Of a stretch of DNA of 64,000 nt, positions 9,168 through 20,427 are shown one piece after another. The notes below the pieces were generated by a model. The model made no database searches and was not told the DNA's origin. It was given only the letters and a program-made list of their open reading frames with translations. This DNA comes from Rhodospirillales bacterium. Lineage in GTDB: Bacteria > Pseudomonadota > Alphaproteobacteria > CACIAM-22H2. Both the position numbers and the translations under genes were made by a program. The stretch spans positions 26,119-90,118 of the forward strand of contig CANFCX010000002.1 in NCBI GenBank assembly GCA_947445225.1. Direction: 5' to 3'. The number at the start of each line of letters is the position of its first letter. Position 1 is the stretch's first letter.

Positions 9168-10406
9168 TCACGCCAGGATGCGGGCGCGTAGCTCTTCGCC
9201 GTCGATGGCCTCCAGGCGAGCCCTGACCAAGGCACCGACCGGCGTCTCGCGATCGACGCGGACGGGCGCGAAATGTTCGCTGCGCCCGAACGTCCCATCC
9301 TCGACCAGAACATCGGCGGTCGCGCCAACGAGGCCGGCAAGAAATCGCCGTCTCAACTCGGCGCCCTGCTCCCGCAATTGGGCGGCGCGTTCGCGCCGGA
9401 GCGCGACTGGAATCTGCGGCATCCGCGCGGCCGGAGTTCCGACTCGCGGCGAATAGGGAAAGACATGCAGAAAGGCGATGCCGCATTCGTCGAGCAACGA
9501 TCGCGTGCCCGCCGCCATCGCCTCGGTTTCCGTCGGAAAGCCGGCGATGAGATCGGCGCCGAAGGCGATATCGGGACGTACCGCGCGCAGGCGCCCGCAC
9601 AAACGTACGACGTCGGCGCGGCTGTGCCGGCGCTTCATGCGCTTGAGGATGAGATCGTCGCCGGATTGGAGGCTGAGATGGAGATGGGGCATCAGCCGGC
9701 CTTCTTCGGCGAACAGGCGAAACAGATCGTCATCCACTTCGGCCGGATCGACCGAGGACAGCCGAAGCCGGGCAAGCCCGGGAACCGCATCGAGCAAACC
9801 GCGGATCATGCCGCCAAGATGCGGGCGCTCCGGCAGATCGCCGCCATAGGAGGTCAAATCGACGCCGGTGAGAACGACCTCGCGATAACCGGCATCGACC
9901 AACGCCTTGAGTTCTTCGATGATGTGCGCCGGCGGCACGCTGCGGCTGGGTCCACGTCCGTAGGGAATGATGCAAAAGGTGCATCGGTGATCGCAGCCGT
10001 TCTGCACCTGAACGAAGGCGCGGACCCGTTCGCGAAAACCGGCGGCGAGATGCCCGGCGGTCTCGCGAACCGCCATGATGTCGCCGACGATCACCCGAGC
10101 CTCGGTGTCCGCGTAGCGTTCGGATAAGAATTTCTCGCTGTTGCCCAGGACGCGGTCGACCTCCGGCATCGCGGCGAAGGCGCCCGGATTGATCTGGGCG
10201 GCACAGCCGGTGACGACGATGCGGGCGTTCGGTCGTTCGCGCCGCAACCGGCGAATCGCCTGCCGCGCTTGCCGCTCGGCTTCCGCCGTGACGGCGCAAG
10301 TGTTGACGATGACAAGATCGTCGTGCCCGGCGGTGGCCGCGCGTATGGCCTCGGATTCATAAGCGTTGAGCCGGCAGCCGAAGGTGACGATCTCGGGACC
10401 GCTCAT
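9168..10406 (-). CDS. mtaB: tRNA t6A37 methylthiotransferase MtaB (radical SAM)
   Basis: TFGCRLNAYES, NTCAVT, CDHRCTFC. Conserved dapF-mtaB-ftsY order. Confidence 0.92.
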   Translation of the reverse strand: MSGPEIVTFGCRLNAYESEAIRAATAGHDDLVIVNTCAVTAEAERQARQAIRRLRRERPNARIVVTGCAAQINPGAFAAMPEVDRVLGNSEKFLSERYADTEARVIVGDIMAVRETAGHLAAGFRERVRAFVQVQNGCDHRCTFCIIPYGRGPSRSVPPAHIIEELKALVDAGYREVVLTGVDLTSYGGDLPERPHLGGMIRGLLDAVPGLARLRLSSVDPAEVDDDLFRLFAEEGRLMPHLHLSLQSGDDLILKRMKRRHSRADVVRLCGRLRAVRPDIAFGADLIAGFPTETEAMAAGTRSLLDECGIAFLHVFPYSPRVGTPAARMPQIPVALRRERAAQLREQGAELRRRFLAGLVGATADVLVEDGTFGRSEHFAPVRVDRETPVGALVRARLEAIDGEELRARILA

Positions 10407-11239
10407 GACAGCAACGCCCCGTCCATGATTCCGGTGAAGGCGATTGCGGCGGGTCCGGTCATCGTGACGTGTCCGTTGGGCAGCCACTCGATCGACAACT
10501 CACCGCCATCCAGGGCGACCGCGGCGCGGCGTCCCGAAAGACCGCGCCGATGGGCCGCGACAATCGCGGCGCAGGCGCCGCTGCCGCAGGCCCGGGTGAG
10601 GCCGGCGCCGCGTTCCCACACGCGCAGACGCACCCGGTCGGGGGCCAAGACCGTGGCCACGCCGACATTGGCCCGTTCGGGAAACAGGGCGTTGTGCTCC
10701 AGAACCGGTCCCAGGGTCGCGAGGTCCACCGCGTCGGCGTCGTCCACGAAGAAAACCATATGCGGGTTCCCCATGCTCACGGCGACCGGCTCCTTCAGGG
10801 GACCCAGCTCGATCGGCAGCCTTTCCGTGTCCATCGCGCGGGCCAGCGGAATGTCGCGCCACTCGGTTCGCGCCGGCCCCATATCCACGGCGATGCGTCC
10901 GCGATCGGCGCGCGCGGCCTCGAGTCGTCCGGCCGCGGTCTCGATGGAGACGTGGTCGAGACCGGATTCGGTCATCAGGAGTTGGGCGACGCAGCGTGTG
11001 GCGTTGCCGCAAGCGGCAACCTCGCCGCCATCGGCGTTGTGAATCCGCATGAAGGCGTCGGCCCGCCCGTTTCGTGGCTTTTCGATGACGATAAGCTGAT
11101 CGCAGCCGATCCCGGTATGGCGGTCGGCGATGTGTCGCGCCACGCGGTCATCCGGAGCAAATGGCTCGCCGCGAGCGTCAACGACGACAAAGTCGTTGCC
11201 GAGCCCATGCATCTTGAGAAAAGCCCGTCCGCTCGTCAT
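10403..11239 (-). CDS. dapF: Diaminopimelate epimerase
   Basis: KMHGLGNDF, ACGNATRC, MGNPH, WERGAGLTRACGSGACA. Confidence 0.96.
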   Translation of the reverse strand: MTSGRAFLKMHGLGNDFVVVDARGEPFAPDDRVARHIADRHTGIGCDQLIVIEKPRNGRADAFMRIHNADGGEVAACGNATRCVAQLLMTESGLDHVSIETAAGRLEAARADRGRIAVDMGPARTEWRDIPLARAMDTERLPIELGPLKEPVAVSMGNPHMVFFVDDADAVDLATLGPVLEHNALFPERANVGVATVLAPDRVRLRVWERGAGLTRACGSGACAAIVAAHRRGLSGRRAAVALDGGELSIEWLPNGHVTMTGPAAIAFTGIMDGALLS

Positions 11240-11428
11240 TTCGGCTTATAGGGCGGCCTAAGTCCGCAAGTCCATAGGATTCGCCCTTCACCGCGAGGCC
11301 GCCAAATGCCGATCACATTGGCTCACTTCCCCGTGACCACCAGAGGAAATCGGCGTGGGCCACGTACATATAAGAGACACAGTCGCTTCGCCACCCCTGG
11401 CGGGCCGACATACCAATGCCGACATACA

Positions 11429-12226
11429 ATGAAGGTGAGCCCCATGTACGTACCTATCGCCGCTGCCGCGCTCGGACTCGTCGGGCTCGTGGGTGCCACG
11501 TGCCTCTCGGGGCTGGGAGTCGCCGGTGCGCCCTTGGTCGTGAAGCTCTATGGCGCGGCGGGCGCCGCTCCCGCCTTCGTCGAAGCCGCCGGAGCCTTCG
11601 CCAAGAAGGAGGATGGGCGGATCGAGATCGCAATCGCATCCGCCCATGGGGCCTTCCAGGCCGCCGCGGATGCCGATCTTCTTTTCGACGACGGGGAGAC
11701 GGCGTTGACCGATATCGCGGCCGCGCTGACCGCCAACTTGGCGCCGCGGCCGGCGATACCGCTCTTCGCGCGGCCGCCCTCCGTTGTCGTCAAGCCGGGC
11801 AACCCCGAAAACATTGCCACGGTGCGCGATCTGGCGCGGCCCGGCACGAACATCATGGTTGTATCGGGAGCCCATGATTGGTTGCAGGCATCCACGCCGA
11901 CCGATGCGGCGGATGCGGTTCTGCTCCGCGCCGTGCTCGACAATGTTGTCGCCGTCGCCCGGGATCGCAAAGAAGCCGAACAGCTGTGGGCGGCGAACAC
12001 CCACATCGACGTCTGGTTGAATTGGGGCGCCGGCAAGGTCGAGGAGAGCGAAGTCGCCGACATCTCGGGCGGCCTGCCGGAATCGCTGCACCGCGCGGCA
12101 AGTGTCATGTTCACCGATCTGGGTGAATCCAAGACCTTGGCACATTCCTTCGTCGCCTTCCTGGCGAGCCGGCAAGGGTCGTCGATCTTCGCCAAATGGG
12201 GTTGGCCATACACCCCGTCTGAATGA
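11429..12226 (+). CDS. Periplasmic substrate-binding protein (AcfC/ModA-like PBP2 fold)
   Basis: N-terminal hydrophobic signal, LYGAAGAAPAF, VKPGNPENI, DVWLNW, FAKWGW. Start 11429 or 11444. Confidence 0.65.
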   Translation: MKVSPMYVPIAAAALGLVGLVGATCLSGLGVAGAPLVVKLYGAAGAAPAFVEAAGAFAKKEDGRIEIAIASAHGAFQAAADADLLFDDGETALTDIAAALTANLAPRPAIPLFARPPSVVVKPGNPENIATVRDLARPGTNIMVVSGAHDWLQASTPTDAADAVLLRAVLDNVVAVARDRKEAEQLWAANTHIDVWLNWGAGKVEESEVADISGGLPESLHRAASVMFTDLGESKTLAHSFVAFLASRQGSSIFAKWGWPYTPSE

Positions 12227-12248
12227 GTCGAACACCGGCGCCACCGCG

Positions 12249-12268
12249 CCCCGCCCGGCCGGGCGGGG
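12249..12268. repeat. Perfect 20-bp GC palindrome after the substrate-binding protein gene (possible terminator or stabilising stem)
   Basis: CCCCGCCCGG|CCGGGCGGGG. No U-tract follows. Confidence 0.5.
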
Positions 12269-12278
12269 TGGGTCGTGC

Positions 12279-12307
12279 TTGACGAAGCGGGGCGCGACTT
12301 CTAGATT
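12279..12307 (+). promoter_or_regulatory. Sigma-70 promoter for the ffh operon
   Basis: TTGACG (12279-84), 17-nt spacer, TAGATT (12302-07). Confidence 0.7.
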
Positions 12308-12313
12308 TCGCCC

Positions 12314-12400
12314 GTCCACGCAGTTTGTGGCGATCCGAACCCCTTGAGGGTCCGCCGGTCCGCGAGTTTCGCGCACCGGCGTGTTTTCGTTTTTGGCAAG
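12314..12400 (+). promoter_or_regulatory. Structured ffh 5' leader with terminator-like hairpin
   Basis: Stem CGCCGGT-C-CGCGA / GTT loop / TCGCG-C-ACCGGCG (12353-81) followed by TGTTTTCGTTTTT, with small hairpins upstream. Confidence 0.55.
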
Positions 12401-12414
12401 GCAGCGTCGCGACG

Positions 12415-13779
12415 ATGTTCGAATCCTTGACGGGAAAACTCGGCGAAGTCTTCGATCGCCTACGCAAGCGCGGGGCGTTGTCGGAGGCCGACGTCGACGC
12501 CGCGCTGCGCGAAGTGCGCGTTGCCCTGCTCGAGGCCGATGTCGCCCTGTCCGTGGTCAAGGATTTCACCGGACGCGTGCGCCTTGCCGCTGTCGGCCAG
12601 GACGTGATCCGGAGCGTTACGCCCGGCCAGATGGTGGTGAAGATCGTCCACGATCAGCTCGTCGAGCTGCTTGGCGGCGGTCAACCGGTCGATGAAGCCG
12701 GCATCAATCTGCGCGCCGCCGCTCCCGTGGTCGTCCTCATGGTCGGACTTCAAGGATCGGGCAAAACGACGACGACGGCCAAGATCGCGCTGCGCCTCAA
12801 GACCCGCGAACGCAAGAAGGTTTTGATGGCGTCGCTCGACACGCGGCGTCCGGCCGCGCAGGAGCAGCTCGCCGTTCTGGGAACCCAGGTGGACGTGGCG
12901 ACATTGCCGATCGTCGTCGGCGAGCAGCCCGAGGCGATCGCCCGCCGCGCCCTGGAAACCGCCCGGCGCGAAGGCTGCGACGTACTTTTGCTCGATACCG
13001 CCGGCCGTCTGCATATCGACGATGAGTTGATGGCGGAGGCGCGTGCCATCGGCGCGATTGCTGCGCCCACCGAGACACTTTTGGTTGTCGACGCCATGAC
13101 CGGGCAGGACGCGGTCAATTTGGCGCGGGCCTTCAATGAACAGCTCGGGGTTACCGGCATCGTCATGACCCGCGTTGATGGCGATGCGCGCGGCGGCGCG
13201 GCCCTGTCCATGCGGGCGGTGACCGGCCGGCCGATCAAATTGATCGGCACCGGCGAAAAGCCCGACGCACTCGAGATTTTCCAACCCGACCGCATCGCGT
13301 CCCGAATCCTCGGCATGGGCGACATCGTTGGCTTGGTCGAACGCGCCGCCGAAACCGTCGAACGCGACGAAGCCGAGAAAATCGCCCGCAAATTGCAAAA
13401 AGGCGAATTCGACCTCGACGATATGGCGTCGCAACTGCGCCAGATTCGCCGCATGGGCGGGTTGTCGGGGGTCATGGGTATGTTGCCGAGCATCGGTCAG
13501 ATCAAACAGAAGCTCGCCGGTGCCAAAGTCGATGAACGTGTCCTGCGGCGTCAGGAGGCGATCATCGGATCGATGACTCGGATTGAACGCCGCAACGTCA
13601 AATTGCTCAACGCCTCGCGTAAACGTCGCATTGCCGGCGGCTCGGGCACGTCCGTCGAAGACGTCAATCGGCTGATCAAGCAGTACATGGAGATGAGCCG
13701 GATCGTGAAGCAGGTCGGCCGCATGGGCCAAAAGGGATTGGCGCGCCAGGGCATGGCCGCCCTCATGCGGCGTCATTAG
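12415..13779 (+). CDS. ffh: Signal recognition particle protein Ffh
   Basis: MFESLT, GLQGSGKTTT, DTAGRL, RILGMGD, Met-rich M domain. Confidence 0.97.
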   Translation: MFESLTGKLGEVFDRLRKRGALSEADVDAALREVRVALLEADVALSVVKDFTGRVRLAAVGQDVIRSVTPGQMVVKIVHDQLVELLGGGQPVDEAGINLRAAAPVVVLMVGLQGSGKTTTTAKIALRLKTRERKKVLMASLDTRRPAAQEQLAVLGTQVDVATLPIVVGEQPEAIARRALETARREGCDVLLLDTAGRLHIDDELMAEARAIGAIAAPTETLLVVDAMTGQDAVNLARAFNEQLGVTGIVMTRVDGDARGGAALSMRAVTGRPIKLIGTGEKPDALEIFQPDRIASRILGMGDIVGLVERAAETVERDEAEKIARKLQKGEFDLDDMASQLRQIRRMGGLSGVMGMLPSIGQIKQKLAGAKVDERVLRRQEAIIGSMTRIERRNVKLLNASRKRRIAGGSGTSVEDVNRLIKQYMEMSRIVKQVGRMGQKGLARQGMAALMRRH

Positions 13780-13794
13780 GCCGGAGACCGCACC

Positions 13795-14175
13795 ATGATC
13801 GATCATCTCTCCGTCGGGGTCGCGAACTTGACCCGCAGCCGCGGCTTCTATGACAAGGTGCTGAAGACGCTGGGCTACAAACGCGAGCTCACCTTCCCCC
13901 ACGCCGTCGGTTACGGCCGCGAGGGCAAGCCGAGTTTCTGGCTCGGGCCGGCGACCGGGCGCGCAAAAGCCAAAGCGATGCCCGGCTTCCACGTCGCCTT
14001 TGTGGCCGCCGACCGCAAATCCGTGGATCGTTTCTACAAGGCCGCGATCGCGGCGGGCGCCAAGGACAACGGCAAGCCCGGCCCGCGGCCGCTCTACCAC
14101 GCAAACTACTACGGCGCTTTTGTTGTCGATCCCGACGGCCATCACATCGAGGCCGTCTGCCACCAGCCGGAATGA
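13795..14175 (+). CDS. VOC / glyoxalase family protein
   Basis: [40 protein letters not shown]. Confidence 0.88.
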   Translation: MIDHLSVGVANLTRSRGFYDKVLKTLGYKRELTFPHAVGYGREGKPSFWLGPATGRAKAKAMPGFHVAFVAADRKSVDRFYKAAIAAGAKDNGKPGPRPLYHANYYGAFVVDPDGHHIEAVCHQPE

Positions 14176-14209
14176 TGTCACTCCAACTAGAAATGAGGTC
14201 GAGACCGAC

Positions 14210-14572
14210 ATGGCTTTGAAAATTCGCATGAGCCGGGCCGGAGCCAAGAAACGGCCGTTCTACCGTATCGTCGTCGCCGATAGCCGTTGCCCAAGGGACG
14301 GACGCTTCATCGAAAAGCTCGGCACCTATAATCCGATGGTCGCCGACAACCATCCCGATCGCGTGACGCTGGACGCCGACCGCATCAAATATTGGCTGTC
14401 GGTCGGCGCCAAGCCGAGCGACCGTGTCGGCCGTTTCCTCGGGAAGGCCGGCCTGGTGCCGATGCCGACCTATGGCGAGAGCCCGAAAAAGAGCGCGCCC
14501 CGCAAGAAGACGCGCGAGCGCACCGAGGCCGCGGCCGCCGCGGCGCCGGCCAGCGGCGCACCCGCCGCCTAA
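14210..14572 (+). CDS. rpsP: 30S ribosomal protein S16
   Basis: [35 protein letters not shown]. Confidence 0.97.
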   Translation: MALKIRMSRAGAKKRPFYRIVVADSRCPRDGRFIEKLGTYNPMVADNHPDRVTLDADRIKYWLSVGAKPSDRVGRFLGKAGLVPMPTYGESPKKSAPRKKTRERTEAAAAAAPASGAPAA

Positions 14573-14587
14573 ACGCCGGATCGGACG

Positions 14588-15184
14588 ATGGTCGCAGTGA
14601 AGCAGGACGGAACACCGACGCAGCCCATTTGCGTCGGCGTGATCGTGGGGCCGCACGGCGTGCGCGGCGCCGTGCGTGTCCAAAGCTTCACGTCCGACCC
14701 GGCCGCGATCGCCGCCTATCAACCCCTTTTCGATGAGTCGGGCTCGCGGCGCTTCGCGCTGAAGAAGCTGGCCGCGGCAAGGGGTGGGCTGGTCGCGGCG
14801 ATTCGGGGCGTCGAGGACCGCGACGCCGCCGCGGCTTTGGCGGGCACCCGCCTGTTTACCTCGCGCGACGCCCTGCCGAAACTGGCGGAGGAGGAATACT
14901 ACCAGGCCGATCTGATCGGATTGCGCGCGGAGTCCGACGACGGCCGCGTCTTGGGAACGGTCAAGGCTGTCCACGACCATGGCGGCGGGCCCTATCTCGA
15001 AATCGCCGGCGAAACATCCGAAATGATGATTCCCTTCGGTCGCCGGACGGTTCCGGTCGTCGATCTGGGCGGAGGACGCATCGTTGTCGATCCTCCGGCG
15101 GAAACCGACGATGACCCGGGTATCGAACAAGGCGGGCTTCGTCCGCCCATCCCTGCGAGCGGTCGATCCGCCGGTCGGGATTGA
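14588..15184 (+). CDS. rimM: Ribosome maturation factor RimM
   Basis: [22 protein letters not shown]-barrel region, synteny with rpsP and trmD. Confidence 0.92.
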   Translation: MVAVKQDGTPTQPICVGVIVGPHGVRGAVRVQSFTSDPAAIAAYQPLFDESGSRRFALKKLAAARGGLVAAIRGVEDRDAAAALAGTRLFTSRDALPKLAEEEYYQADLIGLRAESDDGRVLGTVKAVHDHGGGPYLEIAGETSEMMIPFGRRTVPVVDLGGGRIVVDPPAETDDDPGIEQGGLRPPIPASGRSAGRD

Positions 15185-15188
15185 TGGA

Positions 15189-15908
15189 ATGACCGAGACG
15201 GCAAGACTTCCCTGGTCGGCCACGGTGCTGACGTTGTTCCCGGAGATGTTTCCCGGGCCGCTCGGCCATTCCTTGGCCGGCCGCGCATTGGCCGATGGTC
15301 GTTGGGCGTTGGAGGCCGTGGACATTCGCGGCTTCGCCACCGACCGCCATCGCACGGTCGACGATTACCCATTTGGCGGCGGCCCGGGCATGGTGATGCG
15401 TCCCGACGTCATCGACGCCGCGCTCGCCTGGGCGGCCCAAAACGGCCCGGCGCGGCCAACGATCTGCCTGTCGCCGCGCGGCAACCTGCTGGCGCAGCGC
15501 CGCATCCGTGAGCTTGCCGAAGCCCCCGGCGTTGTCATGGTGTGCGGCCGTTTCGAGGGCATCGACGAACGGGTCATCGCCGCGCGCGGATTGGAAGAGG
15601 TGAGCCTCGGCGATTTCGTGCTGTCCGGCGGCGAACCGGCGGCGATCGCGCTGATCGACGCCTGCGTGCGGCTGTTGCCAGGTGTCATGGGGCAGGAGCA
15701 ATCGCTGGCGGAGGAAAGCTTCGAGCGCGGCCTCTTGGAATATCCGCACTACACGAGGCCCCAGATTTGGCAGGAAAGACCCGTGCCCGATGTGTTGGTC
15801 TCGGGTCACCATGAAAAAATCCGGGCCTGGCGCCTTAGTCAGGCCGAACAAATAACGCGCGAGCGGCGGCCCGATTTGTGGGCCCGCTATGTGGCTGCCC
15901 GCGCGTAG
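15189..15908 (+). CDS. trmD: tRNA (guanine-N1)-methyltransferase
   Basis: [42 protein letters not shown]. Confidence 0.96.
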   Translation: MTETARLPWSATVLTLFPEMFPGPLGHSLAGRALADGRWALEAVDIRGFATDRHRTVDDYPFGGGPGMVMRPDVIDAALAWAAQNGPARPTICLSPRGNLLAQRRIRELAEAPGVVMVCGRFEGIDERVIAARGLEEVSLGDFVLSGGEPAAIALIDACVRLLPGVMGQEQSLAEESFERGLLEYPHYTRPQIWQERPVPDVLVSGHHEKIRAWRLSQAEQITRERRPDLWARYVAARA

Positions 15909-15931
15909 TGCATTCGCAGAAAGGACTAACC

Positions 15932-16369
15932 ATGAACGTCATCGAACAAATCGAAAAAGAACAGATCACCAAGCTGACGGCGCAACGCAAAGTGCCGAGC
16001 TTCCGACCGGGGGACACATTGAGGATCAGCGTCAAGGTGGTCGAAGGCACGCGCGAGCGCCTTCAGGCATTCGAGGGCGTGTGCATCGCGCGCCGCAACG
16101 CCGGACTCAATTCGTCCTTCACCGTGCGCAAAATCTCGTTCGGCGAGGGTGTTGAGCGCGTTTTCCCGCTTTATTCTCCCCGGATCGCAGACATCGAGGT
16201 CGTCCGCCTCGGCGATGTGCGCCGGGCCAAGCTGTATTACCTGCGCGGCCTGACCGGCAAGAAAGCGCGTATCGCCGAACGTGCGGCGACGGCCGCGGAT
16301 ATGCCGGAAGCCGAGCTGATTGCCGACGTCGCCCCGGTCGCTGCAGAGGCGGCCAAGGCGGATAAATGA
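15932..16369 (+). CDS. rplS: 50S ribosomal protein L19
   Basis: [33 protein letters not shown]. Confidence 0.97.
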   Translation: MNVIEQIEKEQITKLTAQRKVPSFRPGDTLRISVKVVEGTRERLQAFEGVCIARRNAGLNSSFTVRKISFGEGVERVFPLYSPRIADIEVVRLGDVRRAKLYYLRGLTGKKARIAERAATAADMPEAELIADVAPVAAEAAKADK

Positions 16370-16401
16370 TCCACGAACCGGCTCGGTGACGCAGGAGCGA
16401 C

Positions 16402-17808
16402 ATGTCGAAGCCGCTCACCCTGTTCGACAAGATTTGGAACCACCATGTCGTTGATCGGCAGAAGGACGGTACGTGCCTCATCTACGTCGACCTCCACCTC
16501 ATTCACGAGGTCACCTCGCCGCAGGCTTTCGAGGGATTGCGTAGCGCCGGGCGGCCGGTGCGCCGTCCGGATCTGACACTCGCCGTCGCCGATCATAACG
16601 TCCCGACGACCGACCGCCGGTTCGGCATTACCGACCCGGAATCGCTTCTTCAGGTCGAAACGCTGGGGCAGAACTGCGCCGCTTTCGGCATCCGCTATTT
16701 CGACATGGGGGATATCAGGCAGGGCATCGTTCATATCGTGGGCCCGGAGCAGGGTTTGACCCAACCGGGCATGACCATCGTCTGCGGCGACAGCCATACC
16801 TCCACCCATGGCGCCTTCGGCGCGCTGGCCTTTGGCATCGGCACGTCCGAGGTCGAACATGTGCTGGCCACGCAAACCCTGATCCAGCGTCCGGCCTCGA
16901 ACATGCGCGTCACCGTATCGGGGCGGCGGGGAAAAGGCGTCGCGGCCAAGGATTTGATCTTGGGGATCATCGGCCAGATCGGAACGGCCGGCGGCACCGG
17001 ACATGTCATCGAATTTGCAGGCCAAGCGGTTGCCGAGCTGTCGATGGAAGGCCGCATGACCATGTGCAACATGTCGATCGAGGCCGGAGCGCGGGCGGGT
17101 TTGATCGCGCCGGATGAAAAGACCTTCGCCTATCTTCTCGGACGTCCGATGGCGCCGAAGGCCGGGGCCTGGGAAATGGCGCTCGCTTATTGGAAGACGC
17201 TGCCTTCCGATCCCGGGGCGATTTACGAGAGTGAGGTCACCCTGGATGCCGGCGCAATCGCGCCCCAGGTCACTTGGGGCACCAGCCCCCAAGACGTGGC
17301 CGCCATCGATGGAACGGTGCCCGATCCGGCCGACCAGGCCGATCCGCGCCGCCGGGAAGCCATGGAGCGCGCGCTGAGTTACATGGGGCTGGCGCCGGGC
17401 ATGAACCTTCGCGACATCCACATCGACACCGTGTTCATCGGTTCGTGCACGAATGCGCGCATCGAGGATCTGCGCGCCGCCGCCGCGGTCGTGAAGAACC
17501 GCCATGTGGCCGATTCGGTGCGGGCATTGGTGGTTCCCGGATCCGGCCTGGTCAAGAACCAGGCGGAAGCGGAGGGGCTCGATCGCATCTTCATCGATGC
17601 CGGATTTGAATGGCGCGAACCTGGCTGTTCGATGTGCCTGGCCATGAACGCCGACAAGTTGAAGCCCGGCGAGCGCTGCGCCTCGACCTCCAATCGCAAC
17701 TTCGAGGGACGGCAGGGACCGGGCGGACGCACCCATCTGATGAGCCCCGAAATGGCCGCCGCGGCCGCGCTGGCCGGCCGCCTCGCCGATGTGCGCGAGC
17801 TGGTGTAG
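16402..17808 (+). CDS. leuC: 3-isopropylmalate dehydratase large subunit
   Basis: [46 protein letters not shown]. Confidence 0.97.
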   Translation: MSKPLTLFDKIWNHHVVDRQKDGTCLIYVDLHLIHEVTSPQAFEGLRSAGRPVRRPDLTLAVADHNVPTTDRRFGITDPESLLQVETLGQNCAAFGIRYFDMGDIRQGIVHIVGPEQGLTQPGMTIVCGDSHTSTHGAFGALAFGIGTSEVEHVLATQTLIQRPASNMRVTVSGRRGKGVAAKDLILGIIGQIGTAGGTGHVIEFAGQAVAELSMEGRMTMCNMSIEAGARAGLIAPDEKTFAYLLGRPMAPKAGAWEMALAYWKTLPSDPGAIYESEVTLDAGAIAPQVTWGTSPQDVAAIDGTVPDPADQADPRRREAMERALSYMGLAPGMNLRDIHIDTVFIGSCTNARIEDLRAAAAVVKNRHVADSVRALVVPGSGLVKNQAEAEGLDRIFIDAGFEWREPGCSMCLAMNADKLKPGERCASTSNRNFEGRQGPGGRTHLMSPEMAAAAALAGRLADVRELV

Positions 17809-17842
17809 CGCCCGCTGACACGACGACAACAAGCGGACAGAC

Positions 17843-18454
17843 ATGCAAAAGTTTGACACGTTTTCCGGGGTGGCGGCCCCGCTGCAGATCGACAATGTCG
17901 ATACCGACAGGATCATTCCCGCTCGATTCCTGAAAACCATCAAGCGGAGCGGGCTCGGCACGGCTTTGCTCTATCCCCTGCGTTACCACGCCGACGGCAG
18001 CGAGAGGCCGGATTTTGTCCTCAACCAACCCCGCTACCGCAAGGCCGGCATCCTGATCGCGGGCGAGAATTTCGGTTGTGGATCGAGCCGGGAGCACGCG
18101 CCCTGGGCCCTGCTCGATTTCGGCATCCGTTGTGTCATCGCCGAAAGCTTCGCCGATATTTTCTATAACAACTGTTTCAAGAACGGCATTCTCCCGGTGG
18201 TCTTGCCCAAATCGGAAATCGCCCGCCTGACGGAGTGCGCCGAGCGCGGCGCCAACGCCGTTTTCACCATTGATTTGGCGAAACAGGAAATCACCGATCC
18301 CGACGGCAGGACGTTGACCTTCGAGATCGACCCTTTCCGGAAGCACTGCCTGCTCAACGGCCTGGACGATATCGGATTGACCCTGGAGAAGGCGCCCGCG
18401 ATCGCGACCTACGAACAGGCGGCGCGGCAAACTCAGCCTTGGCTGTTCAAGTGA
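17843..18454 (+). CDS. leuD: 3-isopropylmalate dehydratase small subunit
   Basis: [30 protein letters not shown]. Confidence 0.97.
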   Translation: MQKFDTFSGVAAPLQIDNVDTDRIIPARFLKTIKRSGLGTALLYPLRYHADGSERPDFVLNQPRYRKAGILIAGENFGCGSSREHAPWALLDFGIRCVIAESFADIFYNNCFKNGILPVVLPKSEIARLTECAERGANAVFTIDLAKQEITDPDGRTLTFEIDPFRKHCLLNGLDDIGLTLEKAPAIATYEQAARQTQPWLFK

Positions 18455-18459
18455 ACCCG

Positions 18460-19581
18460 ATGCCAGGCAAACGCAGGCTCCTGATCCTTGCCGGCGACGG
18501 CATCGGTCCGGAATCCATGCGGCAGGTTCGCCGCGTCATCGACTGGCTAAGTCGCAACCGCGCGGTCGATTTCGACATCGAGGAAGGTTTGGTCGGCGGC
18601 GCCGCTTACGACGTTCATGGCACGCCGCTCACCGATGCCACGCTCGACCGGGCGATGCGGGCCGACGCCGTGTTGTTTGGCGCCGTCGGCGGCCCGAAAT
18701 GGGATTCGGTGCCATTCGCCAAGAAGCCGGAGCGCGGCCTGCTGCGCCTGCGCAAGGATTTGGACCTATTCGCGAATCTGCGGCCGGCCTTCCTATTCGA
18801 CGCCTTGCTCGACGCCTCGACGCTTAAACCTGAAATCGTACGCGGCCTCGATCTCTTGATCGTCCGCGAGTTGACCGGTGGCGTCTATTTCGGCCTGCCC
18901 CGCGGCATCGAGACATTGCCAGACGGCAGCCGCCGCGGCGTGAATACCCAGGTCTACACGACCGCGGAAATCGACCGCGTGGCCCGCGTGGCCTTCGAGC
19001 TTGCCGGCAAACGCCGCGGGAAACTCTGCTCCGTGGAAAAAGCCAATGTCATGGAAAGCGGCCAGCTTTGGCGCGAGGAGGTGCAAAAGCTGCACGACTC
19101 CTCCTATCCGCGCATCGAATTGTCGCATATGTACGCCGACAACTGCGCCATGCAGCTCGTGCGGGCGCCGAAGCAATTCGACGTCATTCTCACCGATAAT
19201 CTGTTCGGCGACTTGCTCTCCGATTGCGCGGCAATGTTGACCGGCTCGCTCGGCATGTTGCCTTCGGCCTCGCTGGGCCAAGCCGACGGCTCGGGACGGC
19301 GCCGGGCGCTGTACGAACCCGTCCATGGCAGCGCCCCCGACATCGCGGGCAAGGACATCGCCAATCCGCTGGCCACGGTGTTGAGCTTCGCGATGATGCT
19401 GCGTTATTCGTTCGATCTCGAGGAAGACGCGAGGCTGGTCGAGCGTGCCGTCGAGGCCGCGCTGAACGCGGGCATACGCACGGCCGACATCATGCAACCG
19501 GGCAAGACACCGGTTTCAACGACCGGGATGGGTGACGCCGTATTAAGGGAACTTGACCGGCTTTCCGCCGAACCGACCTAA
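18460..19581 (+). CDS. leuB: 3-isopropylmalate dehydrogenase
   Basis: [38 protein letters not shown]. Confidence 0.97.
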   Translation: MPGKRRLLILAGDGIGPESMRQVRRVIDWLSRNRAVDFDIEEGLVGGAAYDVHGTPLTDATLDRAMRADAVLFGAVGGPKWDSVPFAKKPERGLLRLRKDLDLFANLRPAFLFDALLDASTLKPEIVRGLDLLIVRELTGGVYFGLPRGIETLPDGSRRGVNTQVYTTAEIDRVARVAFELAGKRRGKLCSVEKANVMESGQLWREEVQKLHDSSYPRIELSHMYADNCAMQLVRAPKQFDVILTDNLFGDLLSDCAAMLTGSLGMLPSASLGQADGSGRRRALYEPVHGSAPDIAGKDIANPLATVLSFAMMLRYSFDLEEDARLVERAVEAALNAGIRTADIMQPGKTPVSTTGMGDAVLRELDRLSAEPT

Positions 19582-20264
19582 GCGGCTTCCGGTTCGATCT
19601 TTTGATAGTCCCAAACCGAGGCGGGCGGCAGGTTGAGGATCGTCGTGCCCAACCGTTTGCCCGTGAGGCCGAGCCGGGCCTTGGGCAGAGGGGATACCGG
19701 CAAATACGTGAATTGCAGGAAGCGGCCGCCGGGCGCCAAGACCGAAAAGCATTCATCGACGATCCGCTTTTGAACGGAAAGCGGCAGGTTCACCATCGGA
19801 ATTCCGCAGATGACCGTGCCGATCCGGCCATGCCACGCCGCTGGCAACAATTGCGAGAGGTTGGTGGCGTCGCCATGGATGACTTGGAGACCGGTGAATT
19901 GCTTCCGCAGATACGCGGCCATTCTGCCGTCGATTTCCACGACGAACAGACGGTCGTTCGGGATCCCCGAGGCTCTCAGCGCTCGGGTCACGGCACCGGT
20001 CCCGGCGCCGAGCTCGATCACGGCCTGATCTTCACCGACCCTAACGTTTCTGGCGATCAAGCGCGCCAGCGCCGGGGAACTCGGCAGCACCGACCCGACC
20101 TTCAGGGGATTGGCGAGCCATCGCCGCAGAAACAACAGATCCGCGCCGCGTTTGGCTGGCTTGGCGGGGATATCGCCGATGCCAAGGCCAAAGGCATCGT
20201 TGAGCCGGGTGGCGACGGCGCCTCGCAACCTGCGGTGGAAGTGGCCGGATGGAGGATTGGGCAT
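19578..20264 (-). CDS. pmtA: Phospholipid N-methyltransferase (PmtA-like, Sinorhizobium type)
   Basis: [38 protein letters not shown]. Confidence 0.7.
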   Translation of the reverse strand: MPNPPSGHFHRRLRGAVATRLNDAFGLGIGDIPAKPAKRGADLLFLRRWLANPLKVGSVLPSSPALARLIARNVRVGEDQAVIELGAGTGAVTRALRASGIPNDRLFVVEIDGRMAAYLRKQFTGLQVIHGDATNLSQLLPAAWHGRIGTVICGIPMVNLPLSVQKRIVDECFSVLAPGGRFLQFTYLPVSPLPKARLGLTGKRLGTTILNLPPASVWDYQKIEPEAA

Positions 20265-20427
20265 GGTGCTGAACCCCTGGGAAAGCGTGCGGCCTGGCTG
20301 TCAGACCGCGCGCCTGCCGCCCACCCCGCCATTGACGCAAGGAACCGGCAAGCGCACTTGCAATCGCCCCCCGATGAGGGGTAAGCAACGCGGTCTCGCT
20401 TGTCAAGCCAAACGGAGAACGAGGACC

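Noticed and set aside
12460-14247. Long antisense ORFs (also 16237-17961, 40313-41878, 46458-47822 and many others)
   Set aside because: They are shadows of well-conserved genes on the opposite strand, expected with high-GC codon bias, and show no recognisable motifs.
20110-20427. N-terminal extensions in the ORF track (asd, ftsY, mtaB, NeuB1, GT4 and others)
   Set aside because: The extensions overlap neighbouring genes. Family homology and SD or stop-start coupling support the downstream starts used here.
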